Made by a program: the position numbers and the translations under genes. The notes under the pieces were generated by a model. The model saw only the letters and a program-made list of their open reading frames with translations, did not search any database and was not told where the DNA came from. A DNA stretch of 57,638 bases, filler included, from Sphacelaria rigidula (lineage: Eukaryota), in the NCBI GenBank assembly GCA_964200075.2. It is 9 parts of 9 records of this genome, joined end to end, with 100 filler letters (N's around TTAATTAATTAA, not from the genome) between each part and the next. Parts side by side here need not be neighbours in the genome. Positions count along the whole stretch, not along the records: positions 19,249 to 25,563 come from CAXNAA020020823.1; positions 25,664 to 31,978 come from CAXNAA020020824.1; positions 32,079 to 38,393 come from CAXNAA020020825.1; 6 more parts are not named here. The stretch is one strand, 5' to 3'. Shown here piece by piece: positions 23,612-36,600 of the stretch. Each line of letters opens with the position of its first letter. Positions within the stretch are counted from its first letter, which is position 1.

Positions 23612-26600
23612 ATGCCTTGAACCTCCGGATTCACCCTAAGCAAAACGTGCGAAGTTACCAGGTCTGGACGAAATATTTTTTTGTAAAAAAATATACTGTG
23701 TACAGTATGGAATATATTGTCTGCTGCCATAGGTGCAATAGTCGATACTGTACACAATACAGTTTTTGACCGTGTATTCTGTTGTCCAGGGCGGGGGAGT
23801 TACATGCGAAATCTCTTGGGTTCAAATCTCTCTCCCGCCAATGTCGCCGCCGCACTATTGTGGTCTAGCTGGGATGTGTGTAGTCCTCAGTAGTACCCAT
23901 ACGCTTGCACACATGCGCTTGGTGCTGACAACTTAAGGAGGGCAATATTGTGGCCGTTTTTGCGGTGCGAGCTGCTGGTTCATCAAGAAAGGAATAGTAA
24001 GTACAACGATTTAAAACCAGATTGGACATTCAATTTCAAGTGTTCCAAGTGTTGTTGCAACAGTTTTCATTTTCCATTTCAGGGATTTGACAGCTTGCTA
24101 CAGAGCACTTCACCCCCCCCCCTCCCCTCCCCTCCCCTGTCCTCATACTTTCACTACCACACGCACACCTCATGAATCACCAAAAATGAGCTAAGCGTTA
24201 TCACGCCCGTCTCTGCTAAACATGCTCGCAGTGCTCGCGGTAGCGTGCGTTACTGTCTTAAATTTTTAACATCACGCAACTAAAGGTTGGTGGAGAACTG
24301 GATCGATTTACTGAGTGGAATTTACAAAAATTCAGGAGTCGGGTGAATCATCCGCTTGTTCGAATGACCAAATCTGCGATTTTTATGAGGACTGGTTGCT
24401 CGAAAGAGGGAACAAAATACTGACAGCGGACAAAAAAAGTCTTGACGCATATTTTGCGCTTTTCCACGTGTGGCTGTGGTGCACGTACGTTGGGTGCAGT
24501 GCAACGCTGAAAGCAAAGCCCATGTGGGTTGATTTGTAGCGTACGAATAAATTACACCAAAATCATTCAATTTCGGACGAATCAATATTCGTCCGACCCT
24601 TGCAATATATTTCATTTTATTGCGTTTTGCTTCTTCGTTTCACTAGTTTCGGCCTGGAATTTCACATAACTGTGCACGTTCCCAATAAAAGAAAAAAAAA
24701 AGGTGTACCAGCTAGTTTGGTTTGCTAATTTGGTATGCTCAACTCTCGAACTGAGGTATTTCAACATTCGTAACGAAAAATGTTCCGAAATTACTGTGCT
24801 TTCCAAGTATGTTGATCCTGGAAGTAACATTGAAAATTAACGGTCATGTTTGTTTTTCGAATGCGCACTTGACCGAAGATTTTACTTCACAACTCTTGGT
24901 AACCATGGTGGAACGGTCCAATTAACAAGTTTACCCCCATATCCGGATTTCTCAAAGTTTCTCCCTCTTACCCCGTAATTTTCACGATTTACAAACTGAA
25001 ATGGTGCACACCTGTGCACATGCACAGTGGTGATGATTTTTCGCTCCTTTTTCATTCCAACTTACGCTTCGAGATATTTTCGATATTTAGAGGACACGAA
25101 AACTGTTCGTAGGTACAACGTGAAGGTGATAATTTTTCGCTCCTTTTTTATTTCAGTCTTCAATTCGAGATATTGTCGAAATTTAGAGGACACGAAAGCT
25201 GTTCCGAAAATGATTTTCCGAATACCATGACTTTTGTAGGTAAAATTAATGATGGGCGAATATCGTACTGTTCGTACTTCGAACGCGTACGTGATAGCTG
25301 CAAACTTTCACTCCGCAGTTCTTGGCGACCATGGGTTAACAGTCGAATCCGCAAAATTATTTTTTTGATAAGCCCGTGTTTCTCACGATTATCGCTTCCC
25401 CTCTCCCACAGTTTGTACTATCAATAGTTACAAACTGGAAATTTCGCTCACGTATAGCCAGGCACAACACAGAGACGGTGGCTGTTTCTTGTATTCGACT
25501 CCTATACAAATCAAGATATATGCCTGGTCCGGCGAGAACCCGGCGTGCTCCGTCCCGGCTTTGNNNNNNNNNNNNNNNNNNNNNNNNNNNNNNNNNNNNN
25601 NNNNNNNTTAATTAATTAANNNNNNNNNNNNNNNNNNNNNNNNNNNNNNNNNNNNNNNNNNNNGTTTCGGTCGCAAGCGAGGTAAGTGTTGGGTTGGGTT
25701 TCCTCCTTCCATCAAGGAAAAAAAGAAAAAAAGGTAGCGTGGCGGCCCTTCACCCCATGAAAACAGCAGAGGACAGTGTCGATGGCGAGTGGTGTGCAGT
25801 AACGAGTGGTGTGCAGACAGGACAGTCTTGGTTTGTAGTCCGTTCGATATTGTAGCTTCGTTCAAGTGTGTCCCAAGAATTGAAATCATGCCCACACGTC
25901 TTGAAGATAACAATGAACACTGCTTTTCCCATGAGCCACTTACAAAAATTCTGTTCATCAACGTGATGCCGATAACCGCTGCTTCGATGTCGGGTTTTCG
26001 ATACATGAGCAGCTTGATGGTGTGCTTTTTGGTTCCGTTTTGGAATTGGGGCGAGTAAAATGTTCAGAAATTAAACGACAAGAATTCAAAGGTCTTATTT
26101 GAGTTGCCCTTCCCTCAGCACAGCCGCGTTTCCCAAAAAAACATTTTCCATACTCGCACGAGCTGAGGCAGCCGAAAAGCGATTCTGTAGTTTGCAGGCC
26201 CGTCATGGGGCCAACGATTAGAGTTGGACCCTGAGATGTGGTTTGGACAATGACTAAGGCATACTTGGAAAAATTACTAGTGCATACGTTTTTTTTCTTT
26301 CCATGAGTAATCGGTATCTCACCGATATCTTGAAACTGATTCTTGAGGCATTTTACCAATGTCTTCCCGGGGGACTCACATCCGCCAAGGCCCGTTTTCC
26401 GCCAACAATCCGAGGTGAACAATTCAAAAGGGAAGTTCTCAGGCGGATTGTTTTTCAGGCTGTGAGAAGTGGCCCAACTCATGAAAGATATATTTTGAGC
26501 AGGAATAATTTTTTCATTATGCCCTTATGATTGTCCATACCAAATTTCCGGATCCAACTCGAAGTATTGGCAGTATAAAGGGCCGGTTAGTGACAGTGTC

Positions 26601-27184
26601 AAAAGTAATCGGGACAGTATTTTGCAGGCCATTTACCGGCTCACGTTTGGTGTTTGTATTGAAACTCTGTGTGGGGCGTAGTGGAGGCATAATCAACAAC
26701 ACACCGTAGATGAGGTCGTTTTTCTCATTGTATTCATCGGTCCCGGGCGTTGAGGTCTAGTGAAGACCATTTTTTCACGAGAACGCCTGAAACTCTTCAG
26801 AGAAAAAAAATGTAGGCCCATTTTTTTTTTTGCACACCTCTGCGGTCTTCCATGCTGAGTTTCAAATTGCAATTCTAAAAATCGAGCCCAACAATTGAGT
26901 TAAGGCCCCGAAGCATTGTTCATTTCTCCTCAAAACTGTTCCAAAAACCCGAAAAAAATGCCAAACAAACGAAAAGTCGAAAAAGCTGTGTTTCAGCAGC
27001 CGTTTTCCATACGAAAATTTATAGCATAACTTTCAAAAACCGAGACGCGATATCCAGGTTAAGCTAATTTAGCGCATCTGCTCATCATATAACGATTTTA
27101 GTATAGAAACTTATGTGCGCCATATCTCGAGATGGATAATGAATCAGGTGAACGTGAGGGTATCTATCGTCCCCTTGTGTTCAG

Positions 27185-29450
27185 GAAATGTCCACATCAA
27201 GAATCGTCGTTATCCGCTGAATGCATTGATCGGGGGTTCCATGGAGATTTGAGTATGTACACTATCTCCCTTGATAAAAATTACTACACATTAGATTTAT
27301 TCAACAAGAAAAATATATGGGCCCAAAGTTTTGAGCAGATGGGCACATTCCCCTTTGTTGAGCGATTAATACAATATGCGGATCACGGCCCAATTTGTCC
27401 GCGTCGACGAGATATTGCCTCGAGAGCTTGATTCCGTGTCCAGGGTGGCCCAGCTCGTATGGGAGCAGGCAAAGTTTTCTCTGAATGAACCCGACCCAGT
27501 ACTTCCCTCACAAGCGGGGGTTCGTGTGCCGATTGCACCTGCGCGAAAATCACTGGTGACTGGAAGTATCTTCACCTCGCATGATGGGTCAGTGTTCGTT
27601 GTACAAAAAGCAGCGTATCAGGAGCAAAAGCGTCCCGGCGGCAGGAGCGGATGCGACTTCAATCAAGACCTTTGGATGCATTGGCAGTTTCTCTCGCTAA
27701 TTGCGACTTCGACAGTCATGCATGCACCATTTGATCGCCCAATTGCCGATGTTCCGCCGCCCAGAGTAGAAAGCACGCTTCTGGTACGATGGTGAGAGCA
27801 CTGCGCGAGCCTACTGACATCGGTGGTAGACTTGCGCCAGAACAAAGAGTACTTGAATGCCAAGATACCCGCACGCAAGAATCGTACCCACTTCATATAT
27901 CCTTCGACGGTTCAAAACTGCACAAGTCGAGCGTTACGCTGCTTACGGATTTTTCTGCCGTTACTGGACGAACCGGCCTCAAACTTGACACAAGGGCATA
28001 CCACAACACAGACAGCTTTTCCCCAGGACCATAATGCAGACAGCTTTTCCCGGGTCGGCGGCGCGTTGTTTGTGGTGCGCGATACGGACGAAGCGATTGC
28101 GGGCAGAATATATGGATGAAGTACGGAGTGTGGGCAATGTCATCCATACGCCCTCCCTTCGGCCCAGCCTACGCGTGATGTCAGGGGGTGAACATGTTGA
28201 CACGTCGATGTGCTCACTTCCACGTATGACCTGTTGAGTGGCTTCTGCCACGAGAAATATTGATACGTATCGGGCACACTACGGATTATGTCAATCTACG
28301 CGGTACATATTATGGTTTCGCCTGTGAAGACGCTCACTTCAAGACGCACAGACATGCGAGCGTTGTCAGTGGTTTTACGCGCTCGAAGTTGGACTACATG
28401 TCACGTCGACAACATACAACAATTTCGTCTCGCAGGATCTGGTGTAGGGATGAAGAAACGTCGAATTTTGTTCTCTTTTTTTTTTTTCTTGTGGCGGAGG
28501 ACTGGTCGAAACAATTTTTTCATCACAGAAAATGCATCGAAACTCCGTCCATACCGCCGTAGATGAAACCAGTTCGTTGGACTGTGACGGGTTTAGACTT
28601 CGATCCACACCATGTATCGACACTCTGGAGTTGGTGAAACAGTGTGGGGAGACAAGAGCACGGCTTTGTACAGTGTGCGACGTGTAATGCTCGGTACCGA
28701 AGTGACTCGACAGCAAGGAAGCAGCTATGTACAGAGTGCGTATCATGTAAAATGGTGGGGTCATATCCTACGAGATTCACATCCCTGCTGACTGCAGTCG
28801 AAAGTCACGTGAAATTGTGTAGACCTCGAGCAAGACGTACATCACCGGTGGACTCTTGTTGACAGGGGGGCCATGTTGCGGGCCTACACCCGGGTTCAAT
28901 CACCCCTCAACCCTTGAACAGCGGAGATGGCCCGTGTGCATCATTCATACATTTCGTGAGTAAAATTTAGGCCGGCTCGACAGCTCACAATCTCCCGCAG
29001 ACCAAGTTCTCATGTGAGACACTATCAACGCAGTCGAGAAGGACGTACTTCCTCTTGTGAAGCCGAACGGTACTCGAGTATCGCGACCGCACCGTGCGAC
29101 ATCAAGATATCAGGGGAGATCACAACCCCGTTGCCGTAGGCCGGTACAGCACCGCAACCTCACAAGAAAAGATCTGTTGAAACAAGAGCATGAATGTTCA
29201 CTACCCCATCCACCCATCCTCAGGGGCATATGCTCACGTGAGATATGAAGGATCCCTCACACTCACCTCGTGGGATATAACGTCTGCAGTCACAGGTGCC
29301 GGCCAGAAATGAACGCTGAACATCGTACGCACTCACGTACTTCGCTGATTTTCAGTAATGGTTGTTGCTGCTGAGTGCGAAGAAAAAGTTATGTATTTGT
29401 GAGTACGAGGCCGCATCCCCGACCACGACACCCGCAATTTTACTCAAAAT
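27185..29450 (+). mobile_element. Probable KDZ (Kyakuja-Dileera-Zisupton) transposase remnant
   Basis: Motifs in the expected order but frameshifted: KCPH...GFHGDLSMYTISL.KNYYTLDLFN; WQFLSLI...FD(R)PI[C]...YDG (27730-27793); RCRPEMNAEHRTHS...CCC (~29295-29375). Pattern recall only. Confidence 0.45.
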
Positions 29451-32400
29451 GCACACCTGACACGTTGCACCAGTTTAACAACATTCCACTTCTCGCGGAG
29501 AGGCGAAGCACCTGTCACCGGGGCTGCCATCCAGTCCGCCACATGCCACGTACGTGGCCGACAGTAGACCCTGATTGACACTCCGAACTCACAGTTGTGC
29601 CCGTGGCCACTCGTTAGTCCTTAATCGATCCGGTGGCAACGACTGATGCGTGTTTGTTTCCGACGCCGACGTACTTGAGATTTCACAAGTCGTGCCGTTC
29701 CTACCCGATCCACCTCCCCGCCTTCTGCACGCTCTTCTCCGCCATCCCCTTTCTAAATACATGTTGACAGTAGTCGGTCATGGATCGTGCGGAAGTTGAT
29801 TCTCCGTGTCTCCCACGCCGGCGCGGGACTGGTGATATCAGCTAAATGTATACAGCTGTTCTTATTCAATGCCAACAGGGCAAAATCGCCAGCGGTCGCC
29901 GTTGGCATCGGATGGGGACGGGGCCCTGCCGATGGAGCACTGGTCGCCGTCAGCATGAGTTCATCGGCTAACTGCGGGGCGGCACCTGCACCAGGTGCTG
30001 CCGCTGGTAGATCAGTGGGGGTCGGCCACCGACATCACGCAAGCGACGCCGCCCCCAGCACCCGAACAACAACGGCGGCGGAGCGCCCACGTGGCCAACA
30101 CAGCGGCCATCACGAACCCGTGGACACAATCGTGGAGGGATTGAGAAAAGCCTGTGACGTCAGCAGTAAGGTAAAGGTGCACGCGCTAAAGGAGGATACT
30201 CCCGCCTTTCGAGCCGAATGATGGCGTACGTACGTGTGGTCATTTGCACTGCCGCGAAGGACATGTCAGGATCTGCCCTGTCCATCGCCACCACAAGGGG
30301 CACGAACGCGATTTAATCCGTAGCGAGGTCTGGGTGTCGACGCCAGCGCGTAGCCTCTGGCAGATTTCCAGGTTCAGATCATCGAGAAGCTCCATGCGGA
30401 CGTTGGACGTCGGGAAACAGACCTCGCTGCGGATGAGTACCCGGTCGCGTCCCTCGAGGCGGCGCTGGATGGCACAGATTTTTGACATTTTCGCAATGAA
30501 AGTTTTGCACCGGTCGTGTCGACATCGCAAGCCTCAATTTGCCCGTCCATGTAGTTGGCGTTGCACTCTGTTGTATCTGTCCCACCGATCGGGTCGTCCA
30601 CGCGGAGAGGTGAGTAGTGCGCTGTCCGATGTCGGCACTGGAGACGAGGCGGAGGAAGAGATTTTTTTTCATCTATACCCCGGGACAAGATCCGTTCGAG
30701 AGACGAATCTGGGTCTCGCATTGGGAAAACGAGATCGAAGGACAAATGAGTAAGGACCGGCTGCGAAGGCAGGAGAAAACAGCGGTACTGCAGTTAGTCC
30801 AGCAGCGCGGGAAGGAGCTGGGGATAGATTCGAGCCGAGTCTGCAATAAATCCCGCATCCGCTTCCCACACCATGAGTTCTCAAGGTCGCCACATAAGCG
30901 CGACTTGGGCATATCGCTGTAAACTGGCGACTTACCTGGTATGGTAACACACGGCACCGCCGCTAAAGCATGAAAAATATCAGGGAGGGATACGAGACAC
31001 AGTTTACACACTTGGAAAAAAACGAAGAAAACGCAACTTTGTGTCATTCAACACCACATGAGGTTTGAGTTTTTGGATGAAACATATGCAACGTGACGAT
31101 GTCACATGTGGACCTTGAAGCAGCGTCTTTTAGTGTTTCCCTTATTTTTAAAAAAGGCTGTTTTTGTGAATTTTTGACCTGACGCGTGACACGTAACATT
31201 TACGGGAACAAGCAGACTTTTCTTTACATTTGGAGAGTAAAACGCAATGTTGGGGTTGAGGCAAAGGACTACACGATGAATCACGGTACGTTGCCTATGC
31301 CCCATCCAAAAAACCAGACGTTACGTAGCGTTGGATGACCCAAAGTTGAGTGTTTTCGCATGTGCCACGTTCAAACGTCACGTGCCACGTACCCCCGAAA
31401 AATTTGCACTGCACAATGAAACTTCCATGATTAAAGACCCCTGTATCACTTGGGTCCAATGGGCGGGGTTGTGTGACACGAAATGTGTGATGTGGCGCAT
31501 ATATTTCAGGCCAAATATTGTGTGGGTCGCAGCCGGATTTATCAATATCTCACCGAATTGACGACGCATTTTTCTTGATATGCTGAAACTTGAAAACACG
31601 ATGCGCTCCAACTTCCTGTTTTGTCGTTTTTCCTTCCTCCACACCCTCTTACAGTATGGCCCCGGTTGATGATGAAAATGTAGTATCATAATTTTAGCGC
31701 TTAACGGTATTGATTTACCGTATATCACGAGGATAAATTCAAAAATTGTCGTCAGCTGGCCCACCTCCCATTAAAGAAGTGTTCAACTGGTTTTTGTGGG
31801 CAACGAACACGACATTGACGGACATTTAGCTTCGTGGCGAGGCGCTGCACGGGGGCCAAGTACGTCGAGAACTCGTGATAAGGTCTGACGCACGTGCCAG
31901 GAGCGGGTGAGCTCGCTGCGGAGAGCAGCCAGTGTACTGGGTTCTATCAGGGCGTAAATGTCGCGGCGAAGCCGCGTGNNNNNNNNNNNNNNNNNNNNNN
32001 NNNNNNNNNNNNNNNNNNNNNNTTAATTAATTAANNNNNNNNNNNNNNNNNNNNNNNNNNNNNNNNNNNNNNNNNNNNCCGGTACCGATTGCACGTCATC
32101 ATGACTGCGGATTCAGTCCTGTCACCTAATGCCCTTTACTGCCGGGAGTTCAGCCCCCCCCCCCCCCGCCTCACAATCCAAAACACTCGCTCTACTGACG
32201 CGGTTGATGTGTGTGTGTGTGTGTGTGCGTGTGTGTATCGTCGTCCCATTTATTCCGGGCGATGGCTGGAAAAATACAACATCCATCGCCACGAGATACC
32301 AACTGGGAAGCCTGGGTTTGTTGTTTCCCAAAACGATAGCAAACCGTACTCTGAGTGCGTGCCTGAGACCACGACCAAAAAGCTGTCCTTGTCGGACAGT

Positions 32401-33555
32401 AGGACCGCCATGACCTCGGGAGTTGGTTACAAAGGGGAGAACAGCAAGATGGAGATCCCCCTTTCAGTTACCTCAACCTCCCTGAGTTCCGCCGTAGTAC
32501 CTACACTGTTGATTCCTTCACCGCTCCTATCACTTATTATCACTTCTCACTGTTGCTGTGACAGATAGTCTCAGTCACATTTGTTTTCAACACGGTACAA
32601 GATATATACAAAAAAAAGTGGAACTTTTTGCTGGTCAGACCCGCAGCAAAATGGGAACACGAAACAAGACCATGGAAGTTTGCAGTAGTGAAGCCTGAAG
32701 CCTGTCGACCTGTCTGGTGACGAGTCACGGCACATGGAACACGTGCGGGTAGCTGGCTGAAGGAGGCGCATAAAAAATTATCGCAGCTTTATCCGCGTTT
32801 CAAGCATATTGAGCTTTACGATAAAAAAGCGTGGTCAAAATCAAAAACCCCAACATGAGCTCAACTTTATGCGAACCTCCGAAACTCAAGCCTAATCCAA
32901 ATAAGATTCGCCGACAACACGCTTCATGCCGGGATTTACGGACGTGCCGCATTTTCATAATTTCAGGCGGGGAGGTAGCAGAGAGAGAAGCCGGGACAGG
33001 AGCAGAGACAGGAGCCGGGACAGGAGCAGAGATAGGTACGTGCTTTCTCGAGGGAATGGTATGAACCCGTGATAGCCCACATGTAGACAATTCCGGCTCG
33101 CATTTATTTGCCCAATGAACGTGATGCCGATTCAACAGGGAGGCCCTCCCTGGCGATCGGGGTTAGCGTGAGTAGCTGTACGTCGCGTTTTATTCTTGAG
33201 TCATTTTTTTAACCCCTCCCCTTCCTCAAAACGAATCCGTGTAGTCAAGGGATGAACTCGCCTCCCCCCCCCCCTCGCGCATTGGATCATGACCAGCACT
33301 TTCGCACTGTGTCGACTGTTGTCACAAGCTTGGTCACATGGACTCTCTTTTCTCCTCACGTCACGATATCACCGGTGAAAATCGGTTACTCGTGAGAAAA
33401 CACACACCCTGAACAACAGATTACGTCGACACAAAGTGTACTGCGTGCAGTATCGCCTGTTGCATCTATTGCAATAGACAAGAGATTCCATGCTTGACCC
33501 AGGAGATCCTGGTAAAAATATGCGCAGCCGGGCACTTCTTGTGTGACACGACTGC

Positions 33556-33632
33556 GCGGCTGTGGTCAAATTGATACAATAGCCTCTAGTTATGCAGGTC
33601 ACGAGCTCGAATCCCGGCACGACCATTTTTTT
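33556..33632 (+). pseudogene. tRNA-like pseudogene or tRNA-derived SINE head
   Basis: A-box-like tggtcaaattgat, B-box-like gagctcgaatccc, ends acca + T-run; no sound anticodon arm. Related to 23175-23240. Confidence 0.55.
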
Positions 33633-36600
33633 CAATACATTATCTGATCGTTAGAGCTCGGAAATGGTACCAGTTATATCTGGTCATTATCATTATACTG
33701 GGGATAATGGTAATGGTTATATTTAAAAAAAATGGATATAGGTTTCAAACCATCATATGCCGTTACCGGCTTCATATGCTACATACAGCAGGCGGCTACA
33801 ACAGACAGTGCACAATATATTTGTAGCAGCGATCCTGGACTGTAGGACACACTCCAGCGCACACAGGGACGCAAAGGACACGCCAGAGCGCAAATCCCGC
33901 CCACCATGAATACCATTTGCGATGTACTCGGCGCAGAAAATCGCGGCAGCGACACTACGGATCACGCGGATGCACATCCACCCCATGGTGCTCTGCCACG
34001 TTGCCTGCCTCACGCTCGCGCGGCCAGCCTTCACCATCGATGGCTCGTACTTCAGTATCATGTTTTTCCATGAAAAATTCGAAAGACCAGCAAAGGTCCA
34101 TTTTTTTATAAAAATATCAAATGGGCTACTTTTCCTATCGGAATTCCGAGCCAAGTGCGCTACGGTTTTGCCCTTGAAAACTCTCCCAAATTCAACGTGT
34201 TTTTTTCCTCTAGTGAAAGCCAAATCGCCTAAAAACGTGCCTCTGGCACGGTGCCTCCAGCCAGGCCCTCCGGGGGTGCCTCCGGAGCACCCTCCTCTAC
34301 CGAGAGGGGCTGTTTGGCTTGTGGCTTCGCCGCTCGATAACTGAACCATTATCTGCCATTTAACTGGTTAATGAGTGCGCTACGCGTAACCATTCAACTG
34401 GTTAATGGTTAGACAAACCGTTTCCGAGCCTTACTGATCGTGCATGATTTCTGCTTCCTCCCGAGTTGCAAAGGGTCTCGATATTTTGGTGGCGGTCTTG
34501 CATTTCTTTCTTGGGGGTCTCGCGTCAAGTATGCCGCCATTTTGAATCGCCCCAACTTTTTTTCTTCTTTGCATCCCGAGAAATATTGTGCGTGTCGATG
34601 ATGAAAATGTGGTCAAAATTTTAGCGCCTAACTCTTGAAATTAAAAAAAAAAAATCACAGTTAGGCCCCGAAACATTTAAAAATCAGTCAACTGGCCCAG
34701 CTCGTGGTGCGATTGCTTCTTATCAGTTTGCCGGGTGGGACTTGTGACCAGTGCAGAGTGATTTTGACCGCACTGTGGTGAGAGGCGTATTGTACGTGCT
34801 ACGGTCATGGGGGTGAATGACGGCCGATCATGGGCACTAAATTTCGGGAAAGTGTGCATCGATACCTGTCTACAAAAGAAATGGGGCATAAACGAGCTAA
34901 TAAGTATCACTCACAAGCACACGCGTCACCTCAAAATAACCAGGGGTCTACACGTTACACGTGCCACAACGTTATAGGTCACGTTTTGGCCGCAACGTAA
35001 CGTTAAATTTCCCACTCGTTTTAAATACGATATTGATATTCAACGTGCCATCTGATGTGTTACACGTCACACGTTACATAAAACGCCATACACGTTACAT
35101 GAAGCGGTGCGCACTTCAAGTTTGCAATAAATTTTGAAATCCTAGGAGACAAGCAAGGTAACTACTATACAACGGTACCAGTACAGGCCGTGTATTTTGC
35201 CGACAGTACGAGGTTACTAGTGCAAGCTGTACTTTCAACCTTGTACTATCGTATTTCCGACTATAGGCTGTTCTCTGCAAGCACAGTAGTGCAAGTTTAC
35301 AAGTACAGGCTGTACTCGCCAACACAGCTGCGCTCGCAAAGACAGTATTGTGGTGGAAGGTTTTGATGACGGCAAAGTCATCAAATTGTCTCGCAGTAGA
35401 TCTATTTTTCATGTACCGAATCGATATTCTTCCCCACCCCCCCTCTCCCTCTCCCTTCGGTACCTTCTCAGGCGCAAGCGCAGTCGGAGCCGTGATACCG
35501 ATCGCCGCATATCGGAAGACAAACGCCGCCGTTAGTAGCTTTCACGTGGAGTGAGTGCCTCCTCTGCCATTACGACTCGCCCCGCGAGTGTGCGGTTTGA
35601 CTGGACGAGTGCTTGGTAACGCTGCTGTGTGTGAGGACTCGAGATGTGTGCCATGCTCATGGTGCTACCCGTTACTTCTGCATGTTGTTGACTAGTCTGT
35701 TGGGGAGGAAGTAACGGGCGAGCAGGCGAGATAGAGCGAAGAGGTTTATGTCCTTCCCCATCTCCCCAAGACCTGAGCGGTTTGAAACATGCCCATATTA
35801 GCTGGTAGAAAATGCACCTCGGATACAGGGTGTTTGTTGAAGGTCTGTGATCCACTGGCAAATTTAACGAAGACTCTCTATAGCGACGGGCGCCAAACGT
35901 AACAGCAGTAGAATCAACCGCATTTGCGAGGTGTTCATATGGCCTTGCCTTGCCTTTGAACGTGTCCGAGCATCTCGCGACAGAAAAAAAAAAATGGAAG
36001 ATTTCGTTTGGGATGGTTTGGGGCGCTCTGTGATGGAGGAAGGGGGGAAGAAACTGGAGAGATTTCGGTTTAAAGCATCGAGAGTGAGAAAAAAACGTGA
36101 TAAAAGATACAAAAACAAGCAAGAAATCAGAGGAAAGGAAAAGGAAACTCTGGGAAGCTGGATAAGGAATGCTGAAACTTCCGATGCCGAGAAATATAGG
36201 AGGAAAGGGTAAGTGCAAAAACGCACAGGTGAGGGGTGAGGGGGCAAGAGGGGAGACCAAGTCCGGGAAGATGCGACAAAGTCCGAGTAGCACTACGATT
36301 ATACTTCCCGGAAATTGGTTTTTCGTGTCATGGCGAACTAAACGTTCAGCAGGGCGCCCCTTGACGAAGTCTTGTTCTATCTTGCTGTTATGTTTTTTTT
36401 CCCCACGGGTGAGATCTTGAGCTCTCTTTTTTCGTTGTGCCATCGTGTTTTTTTCTTTTCTCGTTTTCATGGTACACGGGTAAGTTGGGTGAGCTAGAGC
36501 GGGTGAGTGTTAGTTTTTGTGTCGGTGCCATCCCCGCTCTATTGCATGTCTTGTTTTTGTTTTTTCGTTTACACGACTCTCTGCTATTGATTTCCGCGGC

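Noticed and set aside
25750..26200. Possible TET/JBP dioxygenase (plus strand) or piggyBac-like RHxVD motif (minus strand) near the KDZ-like remnant
   Set aside because: No intact HxD...H triad and only one short motif on either strand; the two readings conflict and cannot be resolved without an HMM search.
35532..36470. 312-aa minus-strand ORF
   Set aside because: Phe/Ser/Leu-rich mirror of a purine-rich plus strand, with no recognisable domain.
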